The notes beneath the pieces are model-generated. The model was not told the origin of the DNA, made no database searches, and was given only the letters and a program-made list of their open reading frames with translations. From assembly GCA_963726455.1 (NCBI GenBank), contig CAVSCK010000001.1:32001-96000 (forward strand): a stretch of DNA of 64,000 bases, in the 5' to 3' direction. This document shows, piece by piece, positions 50,487 through 63,319 of the stretch (position 1 is the first letter of the stretch; every line of letters begins with the position of its first letter). Source of the DNA: an uncultured bacterium. Its GTDB lineage: Bacteria; Zixibacteria; MSB-5A5; CAIYYT01. A program made the translations under genes and the position numbers.

Positions 50487-51548
50487 TTCAGTTTCTCCAA
50501 AGCAACCTTAAGCCGTTCGATGTCATTTACGGGAGTAGGATCAATCTTGTTGAGCAGCGCCAGATAATAACTGGTAAAATCGCCAAGCTGAATCAATGAA
50601 AATATCTCCGCCAGCCGATTCGGACCCTGCGCTTTCAGCATCGACGTTCGCGACTTTCTTACGGCTCAGGATCTTGCCTATAATCTTGAAGCGATTCGTC
50701 ACGCCCGCGGAATCCGCCGGACCGGTCAGGAAGACCACCTGCAACTTACTCAGCGATTTCGCGGGGAAATTGTATCCCATCAGTTCATTGTGATTAAACT
50801 CCGGGCAAATATTGGCATAAGCCAGCGATTTGGCGTTTTCGCAAAGTTGGCCTTTGAACCGTACAGCTGTGGCATCATAGTAATCGGCGCCTGCATATAT
50901 CACGGCGATCTTGTCTTTCAACTTCGCGGCCAGTTGCCTTGCGGGATTCCGCTTATCTGAAGTCTCTGTTCCGAGCTTTTTGCGATTGCCCACCAAGTAG
51001 GCGCAAGTCGCCTCAACATTATCGGACTGACTTGCTGCAAATCCCAGTCTTTCCGCTAGATGCAACAGCGGTCCGAATGCATATCCGAGTGCCGCGCGCG
51101 GCTGCAAACCGGCCGGCAATACGACATGAGGATAGGCGCCTTCGATTGCGATTCCTCCGAGTCGGCCGCCCGTCGTCGTAATTATGATCCGGCAACCACG
51201 CTGCTTCGCTTGCGCGAATGCTGACAGCGTCTCCTCGGTGTTGCCCGAATACGATGACGCAATCAACAACGTGTTCTGATCGGCATAGCGGGGAAGATTG
51301 TAGTTACGGTTGACTACGATCGGTACCGGCATTTCTTCGGCCAGATAGGAACGCAGAATATCTCCACCGATTGCCGACCCACCCATTCCGGCAATAATGA
51401 TGTTCTTGATCTCGGCTGCGTTGATATTCGTCAGGTCGCCGTTGATGGGCAGCGAATAACCTTCGCGCAATTGCTCGGGGAAGTGATACACGCGCGAATA
51501 CATGTCAGCGGGATCAAGTTTCTTTAGCAGCGCCGGTGTCAGTAACAT
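50483..51548 (-). CDS. Bifunctional phosphoglucose/phosphomannose isomerase with apparent frameshift near 50642
   Basis: GMGGSAIGG, SYSGNTEET, QPRAA, ENAK, EFNHNE. The family C-terminus (GDFTSYYLALLNKIDPTPV..IERLK) continues in the next frame to TGA 50483. Confidence 0.85.
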
Positions 51549-53321
51549 TTAGTCCTCGTCGTCCAATTCGCCTACGTGCGTTGAGTACCATTCCTGCAGT
51601 GTCGCTTCTATCTGTGATGTCGTCGACATGTTCATGACCTTGGCAGCCAGCCTGACGCACTCGGTATAATCGAGCCTGGCAATTACTCTCTTGACTTCTG
51701 ACAGTCTCATCGGCCCGACCGAAAATGATGCCAGGCCCAAGCCGACAAGAAGCGGCAGCGCCAGATCCTCACTCGCCATTTCGCCGCACATTGAGACATC
51801 GATGCCAGTAGTTATGCCTGCATCAATCGTCATTTTGATCAGCCGCAGCACGGCGGGATTGAATTCGCGGTAGAGCGAGGCCACTCTCTTGTTGCCCCGG
51901 TCAACCGCGAGCGTGTACTGGATTAGATCGTTGGTTCCGATCGACAGGAAATCGACGTGCTTTGCGAGTTCGCATGCCATCACCGCCGCCGAAGGAACCT
52001 CCACCATGATGCCGATTTCAACATCCTCGTCGAACGCAACACCTTCCTTGCTCAATTCCGTCATGGAAGCGTGAATTAGCTTCTTGGTGCGGACGATTTC
52101 CGATACGGTTGACACCATCGGGAGTAGAATCCGGACGTTGCGAAATTCCGACGCCTTCAGCAGCGCGCGAATCTGCGCCCTGAAAATTTCCGGCATATCC
52201 AGGTCAAAGCGAATGCCGCGCCATCCAAGTGCCGGGTTGACTTCTTCGGAGTTACGCAAATCCCCGACAATCTTATCGGATCCCAAATCGAATATGCGCA
52301 TGACCACCGGATTCGGAAAAAACGTCCTCGCAATCGCCCGGTATTGCTTAGTCTGTTCCTCTTCCGACGGAAATTTCATCGCGCTGAGGTAGAAGAACTC
52401 CGTGCGATACAGGCCGACGCCGATCTTTGCCGCTGACAGAACCAGATCAAGGTCGGAAGGGATTTCCAGATTCGCCATGACCGTAATCATGCGGCCGTCT
52501 TTGGTGGTGGAGGGCAGCCGCGCGATTGACTTGAGTTGCCGCGATGCCACGCCGCGATGGCGTTTGTGCTCCGCTTGATATCGAGTAAGAGTCTTGGCCT
52601 CCGGATTAACAATGACTAATCCGTTATCACCGTCAACGATCATCGAAGAGTCGTCCGGACACTTCTTGAGCAGGTTGCTGACACCAACCACGCCGGGAAT
52701 CGACAGTGACTTGGCGATTAAAGTCATGTGCGAGGTCGCGCCGCCCATCTGCGTGGCAAAGCCCGGAATATGATACTTGTTCATCAGGATCACTTCGGCA
52801 GGGGAGAAGTCCTCCGCGAGAGCGACCTTATGCGGATTATCGACAATCTTATTTGAACGAACGCCCGCCAGATGGTTGAATACTTTGGCGGCCGTCGTGC
52901 TGATATCATTCGCCATTTCGCGCAGATAAGTATCCTGAGAGGTCCGGAGTGATTTGAGCGTCTGCTGCAAGTGCCGGTCGTAAACGAACTCGGCATTCAG
53001 CGACGATTTCGCAATGTCATCCGACACCTGCCGGAAAAACTCGGCGTCACGCAGGATCAATAATTGCGCTTCGAAAATCTTTGACAATTGTGGGCCAAGC
53101 GTGCGATCGGCTTCGCCGCGAATCTGCTCCAGGTCCTTCACCGCCTTGCCTACAGCAGTCTTGAGCCGCTCTATTTCGGAATCAACTTGGGACCTGGGAA
53201 TGCTTCTGCGTACAATCGCGAAGCCGTCCAGATGGTGCCTGAAGCTCTTGCCAATGGCAATGCCCGGGGAAGCCACGATTCCCTTGAGCACAAGTTCTTT
53301 GAGTTTGGTTTCTTGTTTCAT
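51549..53321 (-). CDS. ptsI: PTS enzyme I
   Basis: GGATSH, GLYRTEF, NPALGWRGIR, SIGTNDL, MCGE motifs. Confidence 0.95.
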   Translation of the reverse strand: MKQETKLKELVLKGIVASPGIAIGKSFRHHLDGFAIVRRSIPRSQVDSEIERLKTAVGKAVKDLEQIRGEADRTLGPQLSKIFEAQLLILRDAEFFRQVSDDIAKSSLNAEFVYDRHLQQTLKSLRTSQDTYLREMANDISTTAAKVFNHLAGVRSNKIVDNPHKVALAEDFSPAEVILMNKYHIPGFATQMGGATSHMTLIAKSLSIPGVVGVSNLLKKCPDDSSMIVDGDNGLVIVNPEAKTLTRYQAEHKRHRGVASRQLKSIARLPSTTKDGRMITVMANLEIPSDLDLVLSAAKIGVGLYRTEFFYLSAMKFPSEEEQTKQYRAIARTFFPNPVVMRIFDLGSDKIVGDLRNSEEVNPALGWRGIRFDLDMPEIFRAQIRALLKASEFRNVRILLPMVSTVSEIVRTKKLIHASMTELSKEGVAFDEDVEIGIMVEVPSAAVMACELAKHVDFLSIGTNDLIQYTLAVDRGNKRVASLYREFNPAVLRLIKMTIDAGITTGIDVSMCGEMASEDLALPLLVGLGLASFSVGPMRLSEVKRVIARLDYTECVRLAAKVMNMSTTSQIEATLQEWYSTHVGELDDED

Positions 53322-53355
53322 TCAGCGTTTCTATATTCTGTCGGCAGGCCCGATA

Positions 53356-53622
53356 TTATTCAAACCTGGATCCAATCACCTCTGCCAAAGCGTCAACGGC
53401 TGCATCTTCATCATCCCCGCGAGCGGTAATCTTGACTTCCGATCCCATTTCTGCTGCCAGCATCATCACCCCCATGATCGACTTCCCATTCACTTCCAGC
53501 CCGTCCTTCTCCAGGATGATTTCGGACTTAAACTTGGTGGCGGTTTGCACCACTTTAGCCGAAGGACGCGCGTGTAACCCTAACTTATTAGCAATCTTAA
53601 CCGTTTTCGAGGCCAATTTCAA
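53356..53622 (-). CDS. ptsH: Phosphocarrier protein HPr
   Basis: GLHARP, NGKSIMG motifs. Confidence 0.95.
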   Translation of the reverse strand: MKLASKTVKIANKLGLHARPSAKVVQTATKFKSEIILEKDGLEVNGKSIMGVMMLAAEMGSEVKITARGDDEDAAVDALAEVIGSRFE

Positions 53623-53628
53623 ATCCTT

Positions 53629-55867
<2,239 letters not shown>

Positions 55868-55887
55868 TTATGTAGATGGCGGTACGG

Positions 55888-57669
55888 CTACTTCATTAGC
55901 AGCATCTTGCGGGTTTCCGACATGCCGCCGGCGTCGATCTTGTAGAAGTAGACGCCACTGGACACCTGGTTGCCGCGATTGTCTCTGCCGTCCCAGGTAA
56001 CCTGATGATTGCCTGCCGACATAACATTCTCGGAAAGAATCCGCACTACCTGGCCAAGCGAATTATAAACCGCGACTTTGACCTCGCCGGTCTGAGGAAC
56101 GGCGAAGAAGATTGTGGTGGTCGGATTGAACGGATTCGGGAAGTTCTGGCTCATCATCGTCGGAGCGGTCGCAGGCGGAGGGATAAAGCCGTTGATCGTA
56201 TTTCCGTTAATACAGCCCATAGCCTCGACGCAAGCGCCCGGGCACGGCGCTTGTAGAGTGCCGCTGACGCAAACCGAGTCACCGACTACGAAGCTACCGT
56301 AGTTTTCCAATACGAACTTGTGTCCGCCCATGCCGCCCATTCCCAATTGCGAGAACAACACGCAATTCGTGCCCTGAACCAGGAAGCCACAACCGTTGAA
56401 CCCCGGTGTCGGAGGAGTGGTCGGACGGATGTCGTTCATCACGAGGCACGCGACGGCTTCGGGACACATGTTGGGGCAATCCGGCCTTACCATGCCCGTC
56501 ACACAAACCGAATCGCCCACGACAAACGGTCCGTAGTTCTGCAGTACAAATCTGGCATTGGGATCATTCGCGGCCACAAAGACCACGCATGCTGTGCCCT
56601 GCACCAGCACGCCGCAACCCTGATAATGATTGCCCGGATTGTGTTGCCACGGATCGATTGTATTGTTCGCCAGGCAGGCGGTGGCCTCCGCACAGGGAAG
56701 CTGGCAGTCTGGGTCAAGCATTCCGTGCACGCAAACCGAATCGCCCACGACGAACGGTCCGTAATTCTGCAGCGCGATCAGACGACTTGAGTTGCCGGCT
56801 GGCGCAAACAGAACGCAGTCGGTTCCTTGTACCAGTGTGCCACAGGCCTCGAACGGTCCGCCGGGATTGGATGGCGGAGTAGATATGGTGTTGTCTCTGA
56901 TACATCCATGGGCCTCCGGGCACTGTCCTTCGCAGTGAGGGAACATCAGGCCGTCAACGCAAACTGTGTCGCCGACGACGAAGGTGCCATAGTTGTCAAG
57001 AACAAATCCGCCCTGTTGCATGCAGCCCATAGGCGAAAGAATCACGCAGCCGGTTCCCTGAACCAGTACGCCGCACATGCTCGTCGGAATTCCGGGGAAT
57101 GGGTCGCCGACAACAGTCATGGTCTTGCAGGAGGTGGCGCTGAACTCGCCGCTCACGGCAGTCGCGCAGAACGTGTAAGTTCCCGGCATCGGCGGAACCG
57201 GAATTCTGATCGGATGAGTAATCGTATCGCCCGGCGCCATCGGTACATGGATCACGCGGAACGTAATCGTGGTATCAAGAACGTCGTTGATATGGAGCGT
57301 AACCTGAAACACCAACGTTACCAGCGACGCGGAGTCGCCGCAGTTGACCAGTTGAAATGCGCCCAGAACCGGCATATGATGCATGGGCGTCACATGGACC
57401 GTGTCCGGCAGCATCAATGACACGGCCACGCAGCTCGTGCTGTAACCGCCGCGACCGGAGCCGTTAAGATCGTTATAGATTTCTTCTACCGCGCCCGACA
57501 CCGCGTCGATCACCTGATTGGCGGGAGCGCTGTAATCAAGCAGGTTGTTTGAATTTCGATGGTCGGCATCATTACGTGAGCCGTTTCCGGGAATGCCTCC
57601 GCCAAAGCTCGGCGCGTACAGAGCCAGCAGTAGCAGACTGGCCAGAAGAGCAACAGCAGTACGTTTCAT
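55888..57669 (-). CDS. Secreted protein with four Cys-rich repeats and FlgD-Ig/T9SS-type C-terminal domain
   Basis: Signal peptide; 4x CGxLVQGTxC..F..L.NYG.FVVGD.VCV.G..C..C.EA..C..N.I; QNFPNPFNPTT...WDG....G..VSSGVYFY...KMLLMK. Confidence 0.88.
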   Translation of the reverse strand: MKRTAVALLASLLLLALYAPSFGGGIPGNGSRNDADHRNSNNLLDYSAPANQVIDAVSGAVEEIYNDLNGSGRGGYSTSCVAVSLMLPDTVHVTPMHHMPVLGAFQLVNCGDSASLVTLVFQVTLHINDVLDTTITFRVIHVPMAPGDTITHPIRIPVPPMPGTYTFCATAVSGEFSATSCKTMTVVGDPFPGIPTSMCGVLVQGTGCVILSPMGCMQQGGFVLDNYGTFVVGDTVCVDGLMFPHCEGQCPEAHGCIRDNTISTPPSNPGGPFEACGTLVQGTDCVLFAPAGNSSRLIALQNYGPFVVGDSVCVHGMLDPDCQLPCAEATACLANNTIDPWQHNPGNHYQGCGVLVQGTACVVFVAANDPNARFVLQNYGPFVVGDSVCVTGMVRPDCPNMCPEAVACLVMNDIRPTTPPTPGFNGCGFLVQGTNCVLFSQLGMGGMGGHKFVLENYGSFVVGDSVCVSGTLQAPCPGACVEAMGCINGNTINGFIPPPATAPTMMSQNFPNPFNPTTTIFFAVPQTGEVKVAVYNSLGQVVRILSENVMSAGNHQVTWDGRDNRGNQVSSGVYFYKIDAGGMSETRKMLLMK

Positions 57670-57819
57670 TAGACCTCCTATGTGGTTGTTGATTTCCTAT
57701 TAATCTTTCCAAGTTTCTATAACTGGAGTGCGCTCAGCGATCCGATTTGATACCGTTTTTTTTCGCTTTCTCACTACCGAAACCCGGTCGCCCGCTTTGC
57801 GGGAATCGCACATTGACGC

Positions 57820-59916
57820 CTACTGGCAACCAGGGGCGCGGCCGCCGGCGAAGATGTAATTTATCAGGAATACTACGTCGGATATGTCAATTACCCGATC
57901 GCAGTTGGCGTCACCGGCATCAAACAATGCAGGCGGCGGACCGGAAGCGAAAATATACGTGCACAAATACACCGCGTCCGAGATGTCAACGCTCCCCGAG
58001 CCATCGGCATCTCCGACCAGAATCACGATTGGCGGGGATTCGTTCCAGACCGCGCCGGCGGCATTGACACAACCATAGCCATAGTATGGATCAACCGGCA
58101 CGATTGTCGTGCCGTGTAGAGTCTTGCTGGCCGTGGATCGAATCTGAATTTCCATGCTGAACGAATTCAAGTCCGGAAACGCGGCCTTGGCCAGAGCGCA
58201 GGTGCCGCTGACGACTGCTGCACCGAAGGATGTGCCGCTCCAGGTGCCCCATTGGTAAGTCCCCGCCAGCGAACTGTACAGATTTACTGCCGGCGCGCAG
58301 ACATCAATGTATTCGCCATAATTCGAAAACCAGGCAATTGCTTCGGTCGTATCGAGGGCCGAGACAGCAATCACTCCATTCAACGCCGCCGGGAATATTG
58401 GCATAAACGTTGAATCATTCCCGGTGGCAGCGACCATAGTGACGCCGTTTGCCACTGCGGTGCTACAGGCCTTGACCAGCAGGTAGCTATTGTCATAAAC
58501 GCCAAAGCTCATATTGATAATGTCTGCGCCGTGGTCGATGGCATAATAGATCGCCTGGGCGATTGCGAAAGTGTTACCGACTCCGTCTTGATCGAAGGCC
58601 CGCAGAGGCATCAGTTTGCTCTCCGGTGCTGTCAGGCGAATCAGCCCGGCAACGAAAGTGCCATGGCCGTAAACCGTTCCCGGTAATTCGCTGGGATCGT
58701 CGTCATTGTCGAAGAAATCGTAGCGGCTCGTGTCGAGCGCTCCCGCAAACAGGGGATGAGTCAATTCGATGCCGTTATCGATCACGGCTACACGCGTACC
58801 GTTTCCCTGCGTGCGGGCATGCGCTGAATCAATCCCGATTTCGTAGTTGGCGGGCTGCTCAAAGTACGAAGCCGGACTGACGCCGTAAACCAGCGGCGGG
58901 GCATTTTCGTCCGGAAACGAAATACTCATTTGCTGCACTTCGGGCAATGACGTCTCGAAATTTGGCTCGGCAAACAATACGCCGTGATGAGTCCTGAGGA
59001 TTTCCAATTGCGCGTCGACGGACAGCGTGTCGTCGAATCTGAGCAAATAGGTCATGCGGTGCGCGATACTATCGATAACGGATGAACCGATCGAGGATAC
59101 AATGGCAGCCAGAGAGTCGCCGGAATCCAGCCGCAGCACGGCATGTCCCGACATCGGCATCATCGGAGGCGGAGCACAGAAGAGTATCGAGTCGACCTCC
59201 AGACATCCCGCAGCACCCTGACAAACTGTGCTGCAGGGCAGCACTCCGGGAGCAAAAACACGGACTGTGTCGCCGACCTGGAAGCCGAAGGCATTGCTGA
59301 GCACGAAGCGCGTGAATGGATCACCGCCCGGAGAAAACATTATGCAGGTCGAATCTCCCACGATAACACCGCAGCCGCAGAAACCGGAACCATGCTGTCC
59401 CTGCATCGTGATCGAGTTTGATACTATGCAGCCGGTCGCTGCCGGACACGGGTTTAAACAATCGTTCAAACGGTTTCCGGTTACGCAAACCCGGTTTCCG
59501 ACGTGGAAGCTTCCATAATTGTCGAGTCGCAAATGCGCCATTGGCTCGTTGTCGGGAACGAACAACATGCAGCCGGCCTGATCGATCAGACTGCCGCAGG
59601 CCTGATATTGGGAATCGGGAGGATTGGCCGGCGAAATGGAATTGTTTACGATGCAGCCCATGGCGTCAGCGCACTGGGGCTGGCAGTACATTTGCAATTG
59701 ACCGGTAACGCAGACATGGTCTCCGGCGTGAAATGGTCCGTAATTGCCGAGCCCGTACAACGCCATCGGACCGCCACCTGGCTGAAATAGCAGGCAGTTC
59801 GGCCCCTGTACGAGCATACCACAGCCGCTGAATGGCGAGGCCGCCTGCAAGATCGGCGTGCAACAGAGTATTATCAGCAGCGCCGCAAGTCCCATCGATT
59901 TACCCGGTCGTTTCAT
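57820..59916 (-). CDS. Secreted S8 subtilase with three N-terminal Cys-rich repeats and C-terminal dockerin-like domain
   Basis: Catalytic triad in VAVIDNG, HGTFVAG, GTSFG; GDADGSGSVDISD..GDANCD..IDISD duplicated motif. Confidence 0.9.
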   Translation of the reverse strand: MKRPGKSMGLAALLIILCCTPILQAASPFSGCGMLVQGPNCLLFQPGGGPMALYGLGNYGPFHAGDHVCVTGQLQMYCQPQCADAMGCIVNNSISPANPPDSQYQACGSLIDQAGCMLFVPDNEPMAHLRLDNYGSFHVGNRVCVTGNRLNDCLNPCPAATGCIVSNSITMQGQHGSGFCGCGVIVGDSTCIMFSPGGDPFTRFVLSNAFGFQVGDTVRVFAPGVLPCSTVCQGAAGCLEVDSILFCAPPPMMPMSGHAVLRLDSGDSLAAIVSSIGSSVIDSIAHRMTYLLRFDDTLSVDAQLEILRTHHGVLFAEPNFETSLPEVQQMSISFPDENAPPLVYGVSPASYFEQPANYEIGIDSAHARTQGNGTRVAVIDNGIELTHPLFAGALDTSRYDFFDNDDDPSELPGTVYGHGTFVAGLIRLTAPESKLMPLRAFDQDGVGNTFAIAQAIYYAIDHGADIINMSFGVYDNSYLLVKACSTAVANGVTMVAATGNDSTFMPIFPAALNGVIAVSALDTTEAIAWFSNYGEYIDVCAPAVNLYSSLAGTYQWGTWSGTSFGAAVVSGTCALAKAAFPDLNSFSMEIQIRSTASKTLHGTTIVPVDPYYGYGCVNAAGAVWNESPPIVILVGDADGSGSVDISDAVYLCTYIFASGPPPALFDAGDANCDRVIDISDVVFLINYIFAGGRAPGCQ

Positions 59917-59937
59917 GATCTATATCTCCGTCAGCAA

Positions 59938-62694
59938 TTATATTCCCAGCAATACATAAGGCGCCCAGAAAGCAGGATTGTCGTTAATCTTCATCACATG
60001 ATTGATGGCGGCTGCGTAAGCGGCAGGCACATCATTGTTGGCGCTGAGCGATTGATAGAATTCCGTCATGAACATCATGCTCAATTTGTCTGATACCGTC
60101 CAGAGTGATGCCAATACAAACCGCGCTCCGGCTTGATAAAAAGCCTTCGCCAAACTGAAAGAATTTGCGTAATGAATTCCCGGCGCCGCGGTCTGGCACC
60201 CCGATAGGGTGACCAGCTGTGCAGCGACACCGCTTCCAAACAGATCAAACGGAAAGAACGGCCCGTCGTTCAAAAGAATCCTGCTGAACAGCGGATTTTC
60301 CGAAGATCGCGACGCGTGAGTAGCGATATGTACAAACCCGGTGGAATGCCGCAATTCATCCAGCAGGCGATGCGATGAGACGGCATCGTCAGTGTACAGC
60401 ATGGCTTCCGGAAATGCCGCGCTGATTCTGCTTCCTTCGATCTCGACCATTGGCAATCCGCTTGCGGAAGGCGCGAAAATTGCGGAGCGCAATGTTGTTA
60501 TCGGTTCAGTTGCTTGTGACTTATAGGCCAGGTCATCCGGACTTACAATGATGCGCATCTCAGCGCTATCTTTCAAGTATGCCTGTCCGGAATCGGGGAG
60601 CGCGGCAAAAGGTATTTGCGCGAAAATGCCGTCAACCAGGAACACGGGCTTACGGTCTGCAATGTATTGCTCAATCGGAGCCAGCAACCAATCGCGGAGT
60701 TGATTCAGATGCTGAATGATGGCCTCACGCGAGCCGCCGGTCGGCATGTAAACTGCATTTTCCATCAGGAAGTGCAGCTGCCGTACCGCTGCATTCAATT
60801 GATTCGGAGTAACCCGGCATCGGACGAAATCTATACTGTCATTTGTGACCGAGAAGACGCCCACGGAATCTTCCAGTGCCACGGGATTAATCAGGATATG
60901 GGAGCCATCCACCAGATTGTTGGCGCCTGCAACTCTGCCTGAAGGCATTGTCTGAAGCGAGCTCGCTGCGGTGAGGATGGAGGCAATTCTCCGTTCGCTG
61001 GTGTAAAGCTGATGCTCAATCTTTCGCATCGCCGGCGCCGAAATCGTACGTGTCGCCGACTCACCGGGAGCTTGCTGCAGCCGCTTGAGCGATAAACGCA
61101 AACGATCGCGCTCCCGCAAGAACTGCTGCGGGACTTCGCGGGCGATCTGCGAATCAGGAACCCGGCGCTGGTTGAGAATCGCCAAGGCGCGCGAATTCTG
61201 CGCGAATGATTCGTCGGTCTTGCCCAATTCCAGCAGACATTCAACGGCGGAGGAATAGCCAGATGATTTGCCCAGTGCGAAGAAGAAGCGTCTTTCGTCC
61301 GCCGGGAGATTCGGCAGCACCTTCTCGACAACAGCTATGGCTTTGCGGAAATGCCGCAACGCCAGTGCGGAACGCGATTGTTGCTGCAGGCATTTTCCCA
61401 GCAGAAATTCCAAGCGATACTGCTGATAGCTGGATAGCGGCCGGTTGAGCAGCGACTTGGCTTTTTGCTGCGCTGACTCGGCTGAGCCGTTTGCGAGTCC
61501 GGCTTCGATCAATGTTATCTCGGCGTCGAGTGTGCGCCGTTCATCTCCACTTATTTGGAACAGTCGCCGGGCCGCAGTGGCTGTTCTCGTTGCGGTCTTG
61601 ATTTTGCCGGCGTCAAGCTCGAATCTGGCGCGCTCCAGCTCGACCATTCCGAGCCAGAGTTGATTTTTCTCAGACCCGAACAGCTTCTTCGCTTTGTTCA
61701 GATACCTGGCGGCTTCATCGTTGTCTCCAAAGTGACGCAACGCCTCGGCGATGAAGTACGCCGCTTTGCCTTCTTCATAAAAGAGATTGAGCTTCTTACA
61801 GGCGGCGTCGGCATCCTGGCCGTACATCACGGTAGAACTAAGTTGATTCAGATATGTGCTGATCTCAGCGAGATCGAGTGTTGTCACGGCGACCGCCTTG
61901 GCATCGCCGAGTTTCTTGAATGACACCAGCGATTTGTCGAAGGTCGCCAGCGCCAGCGTGTACTGATCTTTGAGAAAATACAAATATGCCAGAGAGTATT
62001 CGGCCTTGGCCTGTGCGATCGCCATGCCTCCTTGACGATAGATTTCGGCCGCGTCGCGATATAGCTGCTCGGCTTCGTCGAGGCGATTGAAATTGACCAG
62101 GATGTTGGCGCGGTTGAAATCGACAATCGCCAGCGATATGCCGCCCTGCTTGGCGAATATAGCGCGCGCGAGATCGTAGTAGCTTAGCGCTTCACGGTTG
62201 CGATCGAGGCGATGATAAACGTTGCCGATATTGGTCATCACGCGCGCCGCCTGAGTGTCGAGGTGCTTCTTTCGGAAGTATTTCAGCGCAGCTTTGCCGC
62301 AGTCCAACGCCTGCGGATGCTTGCCCAAGTACATGAACGCATCCATCAGTCCCTGTTGTGTCTGCGCGGCCAATTGATATTGCTTCTGTTTTTCGAACTG
62401 CCGGATGGCGTTTTCATACTTACGTACTGCGTTCGCGCTCTTGCCGCTCCAGTGGGCCAGGCGCGCTTGCATGGCAAGCAATCGAGGCGCCTGAGACTTC
62501 GGAAGCAGTGCAAAACATTTCTCGGCACGTTCGACATACTTTGCGGCCTTCTTCAGGTCGCTCTGGAGCAGTTGATTGAGCGACGAACTGATATCGCTGG
62601 CGAACTTGTCGGTATCACCCTGATACCGGTCGGTAATTAACCGATCAAGCGCCGCTTGCTTGGACAGCCGCGACATTTCAGCGAAGGTAATCAT
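59938..62694 (-). CDS. TPR-CHAT (caspase-like) protease
   Basis: Long TPR array; QIPFAAL, HIATH, LVTLSGCQT, AGA..VLASLW.V.D, FWAPY motifs. Confidence 0.9.
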   Translation of the reverse strand: MITFAEMSRLSKQAALDRLITDRYQGDTDKFASDISSSLNQLLQSDLKKAAKYVERAEKCFALLPKSQAPRLLAMQARLAHWSGKSANAVRKYENAIRQFEKQKQYQLAAQTQQGLMDAFMYLGKHPQALDCGKAALKYFRKKHLDTQAARVMTNIGNVYHRLDRNREALSYYDLARAIFAKQGGISLAIVDFNRANILVNFNRLDEAEQLYRDAAEIYRQGGMAIAQAKAEYSLAYLYFLKDQYTLALATFDKSLVSFKKLGDAKAVAVTTLDLAEISTYLNQLSSTVMYGQDADAACKKLNLFYEEGKAAYFIAEALRHFGDNDEAARYLNKAKKLFGSEKNQLWLGMVELERARFELDAGKIKTATRTATAARRLFQISGDERRTLDAEITLIEAGLANGSAESAQQKAKSLLNRPLSSYQQYRLEFLLGKCLQQQSRSALALRHFRKAIAVVEKVLPNLPADERRFFFALGKSSGYSSAVECLLELGKTDESFAQNSRALAILNQRRVPDSQIAREVPQQFLRERDRLRLSLKRLQQAPGESATRTISAPAMRKIEHQLYTSERRIASILTAASSLQTMPSGRVAGANNLVDGSHILINPVALEDSVGVFSVTNDSIDFVRCRVTPNQLNAAVRQLHFLMENAVYMPTGGSREAIIQHLNQLRDWLLAPIEQYIADRKPVFLVDGIFAQIPFAALPDSGQAYLKDSAEMRIIVSPDDLAYKSQATEPITTLRSAIFAPSASGLPMVEIEGSRISAAFPEAMLYTDDAVSSHRLLDELRHSTGFVHIATHASRSSENPLFSRILLNDGPFFPFDLFGSGVAAQLVTLSGCQTAAPGIHYANSFSLAKAFYQAGARFVLASLWTVSDKLSMMFMTEFYQSLSANNDVPAAYAAAINHVMKINDNPAFWAPYVLLGI

Positions 62695-63275
62695 ATTTCC
62701 AAATCAACCACTGCTAAGGATTCGCCCTGGATTATTTTCAAATGGTACTTGCCGCCGGGAAGTCGTTCGATGTGAAATACTCCGAATTGATCCGCCTGCG
62801 CTGTGATTTTGCGTTGACCGCCACTCAATTCGATCTTGATTTCCTTTGTGCCTACCGTGACAGAAAGTTGGCCTATTAGTTCGTAGGACTTGGGTGACAC
62901 CGGATAGAGTGACAATTCCAGCCGCTGGTCGCCGACCTGATAGCGCACACGGCGGGTGTCGACCAGTGCCGGACGAACACCATCCGGAAGCGGCAGCATT
63001 TGGCTGTCATAGGTCACAATGCCTCGCTCTTGGCGCGGGTTCTTGCCGGCTTCGCGGGTGTCCTTGAGCATGCCCTTGAGCAGGGAGTGTGCCGACTGGC
63101 GTAACTTCTCCCACTCCGACAACGCTGCCGAATCGGTGTCACCAACGAGCGATTTCAATTCCGCCAGATCCTGATCGCTGTCCAGCTTCTCCGCTAACTC
63201 CTCGCGCTCTTTATCCGACAGGCGCTTCAGCAGGTCATCCGCCAGCTTCTCTATGTTTTTCTCTTTCTTTCCCAT
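62691..63275 (-). CDS. Soluble hypothetical protein, putative anti-sigma partner (C-terminal carboxypeptidase-regulatory-like beta-sandwich)
   Basis: Lies between the ECF sigma and CHAT genes, ATGA-coupled to CHAT; YDS....GVR; ADQFGVF..LPGGKY.L. Confidence 0.65.
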   Translation of the reverse strand: MGKKEKNIEKLADDLLKRLSDKEREELAEKLDSDQDLAELKSLVGDTDSAALSEWEKLRQSAHSLLKGMLKDTREAGKNPRQERGIVTYDSQMLPLPDGVRPALVDTRRVRYQVGDQRLELSLYPVSPKSYELIGQLSVTVGTKEIKIELSGGQRKITAQADQFGVFHIERLPGGKYHLKIIQGESLAVVDLEI

Positions 63276-63319
63276 TAATCCACCTGTATTCAGGTCTCGC
63301 TTTTCGTGTCAAAAAATAC

